A stretch of 51,306 nt of DNA, filler included, from Perkinsus olseni (GCA_013115125.1; 2 parts of 2 records of this genome joined end to end with filler, not necessarily neighbours in it); one strand, 5' to 3'; counted from the whole stretch's first letter, positions 22,082 to 35,372 are shown. Numbers and translations are program-made. The notes: a model not told the origin generated them from the letters alone.

Positions 22082-24750
22082 CTACTCACACGATAAACAG
22101 GAAGCAACTTTTTCGCCATACAGTTCGAACCTCTTGGGAACTGCAACCACTCGCCGTACCACAGCCAACGGGTCCTCGGAACCATCGTATTTGCACAGCT
22201 CGTCAACTTCCCAGTCCGTCAGAATCTTCTGCGGGGGCATCTCGCCATCCACAGTAGCAGCAAGCTCACGCCGCCCTTCATGCAACCGTCTCTCGCGTAT
22301 CTTCGATTTCCTCCCATTCACACGTTCACCCGCTTGCCAAGTCTCCGTTTCAAAGACCCGAGAGAAACTGCCGTCAATCCCCGCCCGAGGGGGCTCCCAT
22401 ATCGAGTGAGGGAGGGTCCGTCGACTGGACGTCCTGTTTATGTACGAGTAGACTGAGTAGGCGGTGGCATCGAAGGTCTCCCGCAAGTGACCGGAGTGGA
22501 GGAGGCAGACGATCGCAACCGCGACCCTCTCGGTTTCACAATGAAGGCCTTTTCGGCATTTTTCGCTTAGCTTCAAGACCGTTAGCTTTTCATCTTTTGC
22601 AGCAGCTTTCTCGAGCTGGCAGAAGATATCCTCAATCACCCTTCCCTCATCGGGAGCTTCTTTGAGACGTTTGCTCGGCGGAGCGGAGTCCTCCACGCCA
22701 CACACGTCGCAATAGCCGTCACAGACTGGCCGCTGATGGTCCCCCATGTGCGCAGCAAGATACGCTCTTCGACACTGGGTCGTGGAGAAGGCGTACTCGG
22801 CAAGAGCATAGAGTTCCTGCAGGGCGTTGGGCTTCCAGTACACCATCACACTTTGCCGACAGATGTCGAACGGTGATGCCATCAACACCGAAATTGCAGG
22901 CCGACCGTCGCGACCACAACGACCTGAGAAAATGGCATCTCCTCGGCGCGAGTGCGGTATCCCGTTGAACGGTTTGTAGCAGTAGAATGAACGAAGTAGA
23001 GCAGATAGAGTATGGAGTAGCCGAGAGAATAGGAGCTACCACCGCGAGGCGAGTAGCAGGAAATAATTTTGTACTGCCTGTGGGAATATCCGTAAATTCA
23101 CGGGAACGGTAAGAATGATCCATTCACCCCACTTTTGGACCACCCTGGCCAATACGGTGGTTATAGTGAACACAGGGCTAGTGAGGCGGCGCTCTCCTCC
23201 TCTGGCCTACCCGATTCCTGTTGATAGTGCTGAATACTCGGAGGCATCGAATAGTGGACGACCCAGCGTACACCAGAGTGATGGACACCCATACCGAAGG
23301 CGACCGTCGCCGCGATCACCTTGCTCTCACCTGAGGTGCTGCAATGCCTCAATCAATTGTGACAGAACGAAGACTGCAACCTCTGGCGACTGGAAGAGTT
23401 TTTAAAGACGACTATTTTGTAGAATTGGCGTGATGACAGCCGGCGGCGGCGCCCGTTGTGGTGAGAGACGTGGCGATCATACCATTTCCAGAACGATGTA
23501 CAAGGAAAGCTTCCATCGACTCACCAACCCTCTCACCCGACACCCATGATTTGTGAACAGCAGCCCGACTGTCCGTGGCGAGGTCGCCATGATACCACAC
23601 TGCAGAGATACCAGCATCCCTCAGGCTTCCACAGGTATCTTCCGTCTCCTTCCTACTCAGGCAATACACGATGCCACAAGATTCGCTCGCCCGGTCCGCA
23701 GCACACAACCTGAAGCTCGATCATACTCAACTGACGCGGATGAATTCTGCAGCTACTTTTTCACTGTAGCCAAGAGGAGCTCGGTGGCCTTCACTTTATC
23801 CCGCGGTTTGTACAGAACAGAGTAGAAGATGTTGGCTCGATCGCAGGGAGCTCGCTTGATGTTAGTCCGGGAGCGATTGAGGTCCAGCCGAGTGCATATA
23901 TCTTCAACAACTTGCGGCGTCGCCGTAGCCGTGGTCGCGACTATTGGCACGCCCGGGAAGTGCTTTCTGAACGCAATGACTGCTGGTCACCATATGCTTG
24001 GCCTCCTACCGGAGCATCCCAAGTTTGAGGTAATCCTGGCGGAAGTCATGGCCCCACTGGGAGATGCAGTGGCTCTCGTCGACAGCTATCAAACCAATAC
24101 CCTCCGACTTGTGAAGATGACCGAGAAGATTCATAAACTGGGCACTCTTCGCAATCCTCTCGGGAGTTACGAAGAGTATCTGAGGTCGAAGGATGCGCGG
24201 AATCTTTGAGGTAGGAAGAGGGATGCTCTCTCCTTGGGGAGTGGGGATGTATCAGCTGTGGTACATCGACTCTCCTCTCCTTCATCTCTTTCCGTACTGC
24301 CGTCTGCCGCTGCCTCGTCTCCTGCGCGCTCAGTAGACGTGCCGCGACCCCGACGGCCATCAACGACGATACCTGAACTACCCAGCATCTTCGAACGAAG
24401 CTCTTCTTACACATCCTGCTGTGCATGGTACCTTCACCACGTCTCACGACACGAAGGGCCCAATTCTGTGGTGATGGTAGAGACTCTTCCAACACCACCC
24501 TTACAGTAGCGTTAGTCTCGCAGCTCACCTGGTCGTGCATGAGAGATATCAAGGGCGACACCACCACAGTCATCTTCTTATCGGCGGCAGTAGCAGCCTG
24601 AGTGCCTGGCCGAAGGCATGGCCACTGACGTTGAGCAAGCTGCTCACCGGTGATGATCGCCGGCAGCTGATAGACCAGACTTTTGCCGCTCCCTGTCGGT
24701 GCGACCATCACAGCATCAGCGCCACTCATGAGGGCGTTCAGGATGCTCAG
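22082..24750 (-). CDS. RecQ helicase (RECQL1-like), 5' end cut by a hAT insertion
   Basis: [80 protein letters not shown] zinc motif [14 protein letters not shown]. Coding sequence stops abruptly at LSILNAL (24750). Confidence 0.92.
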
Positions 24751-25611
24751 TAGAGGTGGGCGAGAGTACGGGTACGGTTTGGTACGGAGTACGGTACGGG
24801 TACGATTACGGTTCCGTACCCGTACAACCCGCCACCGCCGTACACAGGTACGGCTGCACAACTTGCCCCCGGGGACGCTAGCAGCGTCACGCAACGAAGC
24901 TAGGCACTAGCGTTATGCTGAGTACACTCAGCATCATATCCTATGAATCGATTTGTGATAACCGCCAGTCGCTAATGGAATACCGAGTCATTGTAGTGTC
25001 ATTCCTCACATGTCCTCCCCATCCGATGCTACCCAAGCCACCGACAATCGTTTGTCGAAGGGTTGCAAGCGCTTCCCAGACTGGGAAAGGCACGAAGGCA
25101 ACAAGCTAAAGTGCCCTAGGTGTCACAAGCTCATCGCGGTCAACAAGGGGTCTTACAGCGGGGTGGCTAAGCATGAAGATTCGTGCAAGAAGCAGCATGC
25201 TGAAGCGAAGAAGACCGATAACAAGTTGCTGCGAGATTTCGTAAAGGCTGGTGTTTCTGCGGAAACCGAGGCTCTTCTCATCGAGTTCGTCATCAATAGT
25301 GGCAGCCCACTCAACTTGGTCGACGACAAGCATTTCAGAAAGTTCGTCACTGCCCTCAATCGTAATTATAAGCCCCCATCACGCCGTGCTTTATCGAACC
25401 GCATCCTAAGCAGGATGGACAATCATTTCCAGGCTGTTAAAGGTAAACAGGGTCTCACTGGAGCTTCACTCTAGATCTCGTCTCTTTCAGCGTGGCTCCG
25501 TGAAGCTCGGAGCGTCAATCTCACGATGGATGTATGGAGCCGAAGCTCTAGATCAAGCTTTCTCAGCTTGATGGGGCATACAATCATTGAGAATCAATTG
25601 AAGGCGGTCGT
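24751..25611 (+). mobile_element. hAT DNA transposon, left end and start of transposase; runs into the gap
   Basis: Terminus TAGAGGTGGGCG at 24751 and clustered subterminal GTACGG/CCGTAC repeats at 24766-24853, followed by the transposase gene. Confidence 0.85.
25010..25611 (+). CDS. hAT transposase, N-terminal part (intron 25443-25490)
   Basis: BED-finger-like CPRC..KHEDSC and PLNLVDDKHFRKFV..YKPPSRRAL. After the intron, VNLTMDVWS..SFLSLMGH contains the first catalytic D in a DxW motif. Confidence 0.88.
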
Positions 25612-25711
25612 NNNNNNNNNNNNNNNNNNNNNNNNNNNNNNNNNNNNNNNNNNNNTTAATTAATTAANNNNNNNNNNNNNNNNNNNNNNNNNNNNNNNNN
25701 NNNNNNNNNNN
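25612..25711. other. Assembly gap with artificial six-frame stop linker
   Basis: 100-nt N run containing TTAATTAATTAA at 25656-25667. Confidence 0.95.
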
Positions 25712-25756
25712 CTATGGCTCATAAGACCATCGCTCTAACCACTGAGCTACAGGACC
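25712..25756 (-). tRNA. tRNA-Ile(UAU), 5' 45 nt; 3' end lies in the gap
   Basis: Reverse complement reads GGTCCTGTAGCTCAGTGGTTAGAGCGATGGTCTTATGAGCCATAG. Confidence 0.85.
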
Positions 25757-25864
25757 GACGAGGGGCGGGGGGAACCAAAACTTCTGGAAGGTGTGCATGC
25801 AGGCGAGCAAGCATTTGAGTTGGCAACCCTGGTTGACAGCGAATGTAGAGTCCACCCAATACCG

Positions 25865-25937
25865 TAGTCTCGGCGGGGGTCGAACCCACGGCCTATGGCT
25901 TATAAGACCATCGCTCTAACCACTGAGCTACAGGACC
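25865..25937 (-). tRNA. tRNA-Ile(UAU), intronless, one acceptor-stem mismatch
   Basis: 73 nt: GGTCCTGTAGCTCAGTGGTTAGAGCGATGGTCTTATAAGCCATAGGCCGTGGGTTCGACCCCCGCCGAGACTA. Folds as a cloverleaf with anticodon TAT. Confidence 0.85.
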
Positions 25938-26023
25938 GACATGGTGTAGAAATGCATGCAGCAGCGCGAACACTCGAGTTGGCAAGTCTGGATGACAGCG
26001 AATGTGGAGTCTAGCCGACAACA

Positions 26024-26093
26024 TAGTCCCGGCGGGGGTCGATCCCACAACCCACGACTAAGATCATTGTTCTAATCACTGTGCTACAAGAGC
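26024..26093 (-). pseudogene. Degenerate tRNA-Ile copy
   Basis: TAGTCCCGGCGGGGGTCGATCCCAC..TCTAATCACTGTGCTACAAG aligns to copy 2. The anticodon arm is damaged. Confidence 0.75.
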
Positions 26094-26201
26094 GAAGCAT
26101 CGCGCAAGGAAGAGATTGCCCAGAAAGCGAGCATGCAAACGGCGGAACATTGGGATGTACAACTTTGTTTAATGGCAAGTCTAGAGCTCAGCCAGAAATT
26201 A

Positions 26202-26415
26202 TAGTCACAGCGAGGCTCGAACCCGGCATCTGACTCGTGAGACCTTCGCTCCAAACCCCTGGCTACGCGCGCACTAAATGAGAATTCACTGATTTTGTGT
26301 AGGCAGTCGATAGAACCTCGGGATACATTGCGTCAGGCATCTTGCCTTAATGGAGGCTCGATGCAGTTCTCAGCAGATTCTACAATCCCGGCGAAGGTCC
26401 AATCAGTGGCCTACC
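26202..26415 (-). pseudogene. Two further, heavily degenerate tRNA-Ile copies (26202-26272 and ~26381-26415)
   Basis: TAGTCACAGCGAGGCTCGAACCC..GAGACCTTCGCTCCAAACC..GGCTAC and TCCCGGCGAAGGTCCAATC..GGCCTA occur at ~180-bp spacing. Confidence 0.55.
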
Positions 26416-26569
26416 GGCGAGAAAATCTACAGCGTAGATTCTTCACCCAGTTTTAGTTGAGGCGCCGAATCCTAACTGCGTATTATACACGATGTGACGA
26501 TGCCTTATTAGGCGATGTGCTTGAGGTCAGTGTACTTTTGCACCTCATTTCCGGTAACTTAGCTACCAA

Positions 26570-28716
26570 CTAACACATCACCGCAGAGTTATGTCCACAC
26601 GCGGTGGCGTGGAGAAACAACAAGGCAATTAGTGGCCGGTCGGTATCATTTACTGCATCCGCATAGTGCAGCCAGATGACCCCCCCCCAAATCATCCGGG
26701 CGGGGCGGTTGCTCGTTAGGTTACGTTTACGCAACGTTTGGTTCAGAGTACGGCGAGCCAAGTCGAGCCCAAGCTCCTCACGACTGAGCCCACGATTAGC
26801 CCCTAATGGAAAATCCCATCTCCCCAGCCCCGGATTCGGCAGAGAAGTGACTATAACTTTCGACTACGCTTTCGTCACCGCATCTACAAGCTGTGGGACG
26901 CAGCCCTGAAATCTTTCGCACACTCCTTTCCAGACCTGAACTTGACCCAAAACTCGAGGCTAATTCAACTAAAAAGACCACCTTTATTTCACGACCATAT
27001 CACATCATTCGTCCGCAGTCCCGCTGGATCCTTAGCTCAGGGTATTCCGAAGGAGTTCAGGAGGGTGTTCAACATCGGTAGAACGAGGGTGTTCAACATC
27101 GGTAGAACCTCTGGTGACAAATGTACCTCACGGAAGAGCTCAGGATACGGCATCCATAACGACCCGTGGCATACCATGTACCTGGCGCAACCTAGTGCCG
27201 ACCACTTTGGATGCATCTGGCTGCAAAATTCCCCTACTACCATTCAAACGACCATCCTAATTTGACTCTGGGACAGAAGACCCTGGCGACTGCGAGTCCA
27301 ATCCGTAGTTCGACACGCCCCCAACTTTCGTGATCCTGAAATTATCCGTCTCATCAGACCGCACAGGCGTTGACTCTTGCCGGCGATCTTACATCTGTCT
27401 TTGAATTTTGACTAGAGCTCGGGAAGACCGTATCAACACCGCCGAGATAGCCGGTGAAGCGCGAAGTTCCGGCACGGCCTGAATTCAGCGTAGTGGACAC
27501 TGAACAGTTCTTCAGACCTGAGCTGAAAGGTGGCTCACTTCCACTGCAGCTTTCGCGTTCTCGTAGGCTCGCACAGCCTCTGACGCGTTGTCCCCCAACG
27601 ACGCTATCTGAGGGGGTGAATCTAGCTCAAACTACGCTCTGCCATGACTGGCGTGAGGCCACACCGTTCTATCCAGCATAAGGAGCTCAGCCACTGAGTC
27701 GACTAGGTCTCTAGTGGCCGCTAACTCTGTGATCCGCTTCATCTTGTCCATTGGGAGATCGCTACTTGCCAACTGAGAGAGCGAGACAAGGCCATACCTC
27801 GAACATTTCTATTGCGTCACCTGCTGAAACGAATACGCGCAAGTAATCGGAAGAGTGAGTGTCCGCCGAGAAAGCCAAGACCTACTCTACGGCAATCCTC
27901 ATCGATTTGGGATACTGCTTGGATGAGGGCTTCCGCTTGTTCTCTATATCTACCAACCTGCGAGGCAACATAAGATACTCGGCTCGCCCCTCAACCAACC
28001 TGCCTTTGCAGTGTTCAGTAGTCCTGTTGATGGGTTACACGTCTGCACTAACAACTCATAGTCGTTGTAGATTCCTTCCTCCACCTGAGGACCCTCAACC
28101 ATCATCGTGCACAAACTCGAGCAGAACAGCACCCACCCTCTGGCGGAGCTGTCTTATTTCTCTTGACAGAGCATGCTGTGAGCCCTGCAGTGATGTACTG
28201 AGGGGAACGGTGCTGCCGTTCACGCAGTCTTCAGAGCCCAACAGGACGCCTGAAGCACGCAAGCTACACTCCCTTATCTTTTGCCCGGAGGCGGATAGGA
28301 GTAGCTCGCCGAGAAGTCTTGCCCTACCGAGGTGTGGCTCCGAACGTGAATCAGGGCCACTTTCTATCGCCCGTTCGCTTCCGTGGTCCCCTGATAGAGA
28401 TGGGGCCCGTGAGGGAGAGGAAGAAGGGTGGGACTGAAGGAAAAAGGTCAAAACGAGGACTTAGCAAGAGCAGGGAACGGTCGATTTTCGGCAATGACAG
28501 ACACATAATCCTGAGCTTTACGAGGCCCGAGATTCATCGAATAGATGAGCCAATCTCAGTGCCTTCATCATTTGATTGTACATACTCCCAAGAGGAACCC
28601 AGAGAGCTAGACGTCGGGTATGCTCCTACCTCCGAGTCCGCCCTCGAGTAGTACGCAGAAAGCAAATGCCCTACTCGACGCTTCCGCTCGCTACTGCCAG
28701 AGACATTGCTTGGCAT
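26570..28716 (-). CDS. Vps51-like (GARP/EARP subunit) multi-exon gene; 3' end uncertain
   Basis: N-terminal RKRRVGHLLSAYY, ALSREIRQL..EGIYNDYELLVQT (compare EIRxLDxxMQxLVYENY), KRITELAATRDLVDSVAELLML and GDNASEAVRAYENAK occur in the order expected for Vps51. Divergent. Confidence 0.5.
27061..27108. repeat. Perfect 24-bp tandem duplication
   Basis: GAGGGTGTTCAACATCGGTAGAAC occurs twice. The length is a multiple of 3. Confidence 0.9.
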
Positions 28717-29029
28717 GCCCAGGAAGTCTCAAAAAACTAAACTCAGTGCTCATGATCACAGCGAGGACATTCGGCCAATGTACTCGACGTAGCTCGTTGT
28801 AGAGAGGTAAATGTTAGCTAGTTATGCGCAATTTGCGTTGCTCGCTCTCTTACCGAGCTCATCCAACGCTACCCTGGCTTTACCATATTTCCAGAGAACC
28901 CCGAGGTTGAAGTATTCTCCTTCCCCGGCGAACACATCACGAATGTTCACTAACACGAATTCAACATCCTGGGCGGTGAAAGCGAAACACAGAGAGGATG
29001 AAATGAATACCAAAATTCATCAGCAAGCA

Positions 29030-32000
29030 TCACTTGCGCTTGCGCTGGTTCTTCCGCCGCTTCTGATGTTGCGTCTGTCTCTCTGTGGACACTTCTAACT
29101 GAGCTGTGCTCGGTCCAGTCTTCACGTTCTCCCCATCGGTGGGGACGACACCTGAAGGACGACCTATAAGGAACCCAGTCTGCACGCCAGAATCTCCCTG
29201 TACCTTGGGGACCGCGCATCAGCTGCATCTGCTTCTTCTTCATCTTGCGACGGTAATCAGATCGCTCGTGTTTAGGAAGCCACCTGCACCAAGTACCATC
29301 TACTTTACGAAGCTCTCGGTATCTCCCATTACCTCTCAGGGTCCGGCTTCTTGAAGGCTGACGGGTTCTCAGGATCGAATCCCTTCGGGTAGCGAGGCTT
29401 CCGCTTTCGATGGCGCTTCTTGACCTAGCAGGGCACGGCATCATCGTTCTGTACCACAGTACCCAGCACGAAGTGTGAATACCAGCTACCTCAACATCCT
29501 CTCCCTCTGCTGCGGGAGCGGTGGCAACCTTCCAACTCCCAACACTGACGTCCATCCCTTCCAGCTCCTCAGGATCAACATCATCAATAGAATCCTCAAT
29601 AGTCTCCGCCTCAGGTGATCTGTCAAGACGGTGGAATCCGATAGGAACGCTGATGCTCAGTCTGTTCACCTCTGCACCAGCCGCTCTACCAACATCGAGG
29701 CATTCTCCAGGCTCTCCGAAGACGGCGCGCTCACGCGGGAGATAGCTGATACCTGTGAGCACCATAATGCGACTTGGATGATACATTCCTGCCCAAACTC
29801 ACCAGTCCATGGATTGCTTCACCCGCCCCAGCGTCCCCAACCTTCGTGCCGTACAGCTCCCAAGCCTTGACGGCCTCCTCATAGAACTTGTTACGGGTAG
29901 CGACATCAGCCACGTATCTATCAGCGAAACGGATGGTCCACGCTCCACTACGAATAGTAGCGAATCGTGTAAACCTGTGCCCACGAAACTCCCAAGGGCG
30001 AGCTTGAACGGATATTTTGTAGCCCAATGCATCAGAGATCCTCGGATTTTCATGCTTCTTGACATTCGAGAACGCCAAGCCCGACTTGCGCACCTCAGGA
30101 CGCCGGCAGCTTCTCCCGATGAACGTTTCTCCCAGAAGCTCAGGACCTGAGGGCATTGAGGTTTGAGCACAGAAGTCAAGCAATAGCCTCAGAGTACCTC
30201 GGGGATCTCTTTTCTCAACGCGTCTCGGTCTTGAGGTGTATCTCCACCGTGAGCACCGAATCTCTGCCTCACAGCCTCAGGCCGACCCATGCTTATCTGG
30301 AATGCAGAATGTAACGGTACGTAACAAAGCTACCATTCTTACTTCGGGGCCGAGCTCGGCAAGCATCTCCGCCGCCTCTGATCTTGTGGCGGGAGTTTCC
30401 GCCAGGAGGCCAGCCAAAGACAGACGGACGAAAGTTGCATCTCCAGATGTGCCATTGCTAGCCAGCCAGCTCTTCAAGGTGTCCACCTGAAATACTTCCG
30501 AGGTTGCAGCATCCTTCCACTCCATCAAACTAACTTACAGCCTCACTCTTCCCCTCCCCACCACTGGCATATTGCGTTACAGCCTTGCCAACAGCGGCGG
30601 CACCGCTCTTCGTGAAGCTGTCTCCAAGCTGCGACTCTAACTGTGATAGTACCGCCCGAGCTTCAGAGAGCTTCGATCGACTCGAAAAAGCCTAACCGGA
30701 AGGCCACTACCAGTCAGAGGGACTGGCCGTGAGCAAGAGCAAGTATGGCTTACGATGCTCTTATTAAGACCCAGAATTCTCAACTGCCCGGAAGTAAGCT
30801 TGCTCTCGAGGGACTCAGCTTTGCTGGCTAGGCGAATCCTCTTGAGTGCGTCAAAGAGTGAGCTGCCCTTAGGCCTCAAAGAAACTGAGAGCAGCACGGA
30901 AGGCATGATGCGCCATAACATCTCTCACCGCGGACAAGAGAGTGAAGCTAGTACTACCAAGGTTGTTGCATGCCGTTGCCATAACTGAGACGTCATTCTT
31001 CATGCCTCCAATCACGGGCCGCATTATCTTCTCATATATCCTACCGAGCAAAGAGAGCTTCCACGTCTTCAATTGGAAAGTCCCCTACTCTGCAGCCTCT
31101 CCAGTCCGTCCTTGCAGTTGACGGAGGTATCTAACGATGAATCAAATCTTCCGGCGCGTAGAGGCCATGAGTCAATACCCTAGTTGAGCGTTAATCCAAT
31201 TGAGCTCGGGGTCCGAGTCCGTATCCACACCGAGCTCGCTCTTGCAAAGAGAGGAAGCCAAAGTCTGAAACAAAAACAGATTTCAGGCTAGGGGATACCA
31301 GAGCAGGGAGAGGTCGTAGTCTGAGTCGCAATACGACACTAGAACCCGCGTCATTACGAGCATCTGTTCAGCCTTTACATAATCGTCCTTGAGTAGATAG
31401 GCACATGCCAGGTTATAAGCGAGCTGAAATCCATATAAACTCTTCTTTGAAAAAATGGCAAGGTATAACAACCACCACCTCGTAGGCATCCTCGGGCTCG
31501 CCGAGATCCTTCATTAGTTTATTCAGGTTAGCTGACTCACGATTGGAGTCCTCCGATACGTAGCTCGCCAGAAGGTTCACCTAGCGCAAGTTGAAAAACA
31601 GAAGAAACAGTAGCCATTACCGTGAGCAATAGAGACGCTTCAGAGTCATCTCCACTTGCGCCCTCCTTAACATCCTTAAGCAACTTCTGATAAAGCCTAG
31701 TAGTTTCCGAATACCTAAAACAGAGCCATACCAGCAAGAGTAGAGAGCCCGAGCCGCATTCGAGGCGGCCAATGAGTGCTCACTGGTGGAGTCTGTATCG
31801 GCACTGGGCCTCCAAGACCTGCCATTTCTCGGAGTTGTCACCATTCTTCACTATCTCATCCAGACACTCCTGAAGAAGATCAGATGATGTGCAATGTACT
31901 GTTGGACACTACCGTCTCTCTATTCAGCCTATACAAGCAGTATGCTCGGTAGTAGCTCAATGTAGCGCGTTCTTCCGAAGTACCTAGGGAGCATGCATCG

Positions 32001-32527
32001 CGGTGGCCATAGACCGAGAGTCCCAGTCACATCGGGGTAAACTGATACGAAATATCGGAGGCCATAGCCCAAACGCTAAGCCTTCTATATCTCCCGGTAA
32101 TACACTTATCTAGGGCAGTGCTGGCCTTCGAATCCAGAAAGTTTAGACAAGCTTTCCATTGCGATAACTGAATCTGGCTATACCTAGGCAGAAGAAGACA
32201 GACACGTTCACGATCATCACATACTTAGGATAGAAGAGAGGAACTTCCAGCCGTAGAATCCGCGCATAATCGAGGTATCACGAGAGCGAACGCCCTTCTA
32301 CTACAGATAGCACATAATGGCCTGCATGTTATCCGGATCCTTGTTCAGAACTGAGAATGATGAGCGATGATAGACCTCCTGTCCAACCTCACAGGCCGAC
32401 CATTACTCTGTTTCGAAGTTCTGGTTGCTTCTTGATAAGCCTCATCCTTGAAAGAGCGGTCAATCTGATAGAACTGCTCCGATAGAGTGGCAGCCGAAGG
32501 AGCCTTAGCCACGGTCGCTGCCGACAT
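29030..32527 (-). CDS. SRP72: Signal recognition particle subunit SRP72 (many short introns)
   Basis: TPR-like N-terminus (YRAYCLYRLN, LAYNLACAYL, ACNNL). C-terminal RYPKGFDP..KPDPERWLPKHERS..RGPQG signature, ending QRKRK*. Confidence 0.9.
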
Positions 32528-32823
32528 TGCACGACCTCAGCAAAAAACTGATTATATTCTACTCCTGCTCGATCGCGGAGAGACCAAGTCGTGGTGCTGA
32601 TTGCCACCCCGCAGCACGGCGAGAGCCTGTATTACCCATTCGTCGTTCGCCAGAATCTCCAACTAGTAACTCAACCGCCAGTATAATGGATAACTCTTCT
32701 ACGGAGAAATTCTCTGTCGTTGTCGACAGGTTAACATACCACTGCTATCACTACGACAGTTGACACTTTTTGATGAAGTCGCAAGATATGACAGAATCTA
32801 CGGAGTAACGTATGTCTACTATT

Positions 32824-35169
32824 CTAATCCTTATATCCGTCCACGTGAACAGTGGTCATGGCGCGGCCACTGGGATCGTCATGCTGCATAAATGACTTAT
32901 CCCACTTCATGGCGGCTCCCGTGGAGCAGGCGATGGATGGCCCATAAGGCACAGTCTTGACTGCACAGGACTGAGGGAAATGCTTTTCGAAGATCTGACG
33001 GTACAGATAAGCCTCCTTGGTGAGTGGCGTAGACTCGGGGTAACGGAACCTGAATGGCCCCAACAAAATGTCCGACAATTCCCTCGTGGAAGCAGGCCCG
33101 AAAATCTTACTCAGCAGTATCCATCATTTCATCGCTGATCTTCTCTTCCGCGTAGTCTCTCAGTCTGTCGATCCAACCATATCCGACGCCATCGGAGAAC
33201 TGCTCCTTCTGCCTCCACAATACCGAATCGGGCAGATAGGGATCCTCGGGAGTATCAAACGCAGCTCTGAAAGCAAGACACATCCCTCACCTTTGTTGGC
33301 ACTACTTGAAGAACCTACCGGAGGATCTGCTTCTCCATAGTGCGGCCACCACGACCGATCATCTTCAGCTCGGGATCGATGTTCATAGCTACCTCCAAAA
33401 ACTCGCGGTCGAGAAAGGGGACTCGGGCCTCAACGCCGAAAGCGCACATGGACTTGTTAGCCTACATAAAGAGCCGATGAAACTAGGGATACAAGTATGC
33501 GCAAATTTTTCAGAGCACACAATGATATTGATGACTATTACTCTCAAGCAATCGAACATATGCAACTGGTCTATCTTCCTGATACATTCCTCATGGAACT
33601 CCTTCGCGTTGGGAGCCTTGTGGAAGTAGAGATAACCTCCGAAAACTTCATCAGCTCCCTCGCCGCTGAGAACCATCTTGACACCTATAAAAGAATCGTA
33701 TTGGGTGGAGGCTGCAAAATGTAGTATCCCTCACCAGTGGCCTTAATAAGCCTGGTCATAAGGTACATAGGAGTGGAAGCGCGCACAGTAGTAACATCAA
33801 AAGTCTCCAAGTGATAGATGACATCCTCGAGAGCATCAATGCCATCCTGACACCAGCAAAGTGGAGAATGTGTGGGGATTACTGATGCAGCCGCCCTACC
33901 TGCAAAGTGAAGGTGAACTCTCTGTGATGAGTGCCGAGGAACTCAGCGACTTCCCTGGCAGCCTTGACATCAGGGGAGCCCTCGAGACCAACACAGTAAG
34001 ACCTGATCGTTACAACCAGTGCTCGAGCGTTGAGTCGGCAGCGGAATTTTATTGGCTTACCTCAAGCGTGCGATCTGCGGGAGCTTTCCGGTCTTCCTTA
34101 GTTTCCGGCAATAATCCTCGTCATCGCCGCAAGCCTGTCGCATGCGGATACGGGAGGCAATGCTAGCCACGAGGCTTGAATCCAAGCCACCAGACAGTAG
34201 CACTCCGTAAGGGACATCGGCCATCATGTGGGACTCTACGGACTTCACCAAAGCGCTACGAAGCTCCTCAGGGGTTGGCCTCTGAGTGGGGATCTCGAGC
34301 CTCCACGAGGGGTTGTACCACCTCTCGAACTTGTGGACGCCTGCAAGGATTGATCTTAATCCCTCGAATTGTTACTCGGTAACGACCCACCATGCTTGGT
34401 TGAGTCGTAGTAGTGTCCAGGAGGGAACTGCATGTAGTTGGTGCATCTGTCGCAAAGAGCCTTCATCTCACTGGCGAAGTAGACCGTGCCATCAGGACCC
34501 CATCCAATGTATAAAGGGATAATGCCAATCTGACGAACACCCAGTTTAACGTTATGCGTCGCACAGATTTGTCACTCGTACATGGTCCCTAGCCGCAACA
34601 TACTTCCCGGTAGTGGCATCATAAATAACAAAAGCGAACATACCACGGAGTTGGTTGAGGAGGTCCTCCATGGAGTCACCGCGGTCGTACCTACACCCGG
34701 GGGTTCAGCCCACCCCAACTGCGTTTCCCGACTCGTTACATGTGAAGCATAACTTCGCAATCGCTGCCGCTGGAGAACTCGAATCCCTCTTGGATTAGCT
34801 GTTGGCGGATGGGCTGATAGTTGTAGATCTCGCCGTTAACAGCCAGGACCTGCCGGACTGGTGTAGGCGGTACCGCGATGTAACTGCCGTTCCCCCTACC
34901 GTGGTGTGATCCTTGTTGTACAGTGGCTGGGCGCCAGACTCGACGTCCACAATTGCCAATCGCTCATGAGCGATGAACACGTCGTTGTGACAATAGCAAG
35001 AGCTCCAATCGGGACCGCGATGTCGAATGCGCCTGGGTGTGACCATTCAGATACCCTCCCCCCCTGGTAAGTTTAATATAACCCCTTATTACCTCGAGAG
35101 CTGCAATCCGGTAGGTCGAAAAACGTCGGCGTCCTGCTTGAGGCCGAATACTGCCAATATACCGCACAT
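32824..35169 (-). CDS. ASNS: Asparagine synthetase, glutamine-hydrolysing (AsnB type)
   Basis: [74 protein letters not shown]. Confidence 0.96.
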
Positions 35170-35372
35170 AGTGAGGTGGGAATGAAAAATCTGAGTAAAG
35201 CAGGCGACTTAGCGACGAGCTGCGCAGAGGCGAAGGTTAAAAGATACAACTCGGCAATTTTAAGATGCCACTTGCATTCTTGATTTCCCTCAACGAACCT
35301 CTCAGACGCATAATAGAAGTTGCCTTCTTGGCGTTCTCTTTATCACCTGATCCTCAGGGTCCTTCTTCTGCA

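Noticed and set aside
25656-25667. TTAATTAATTAA palindrome as a biological site
   Set aside because: It sits inside the N run and is a six-frame-stop scaffolding linker.
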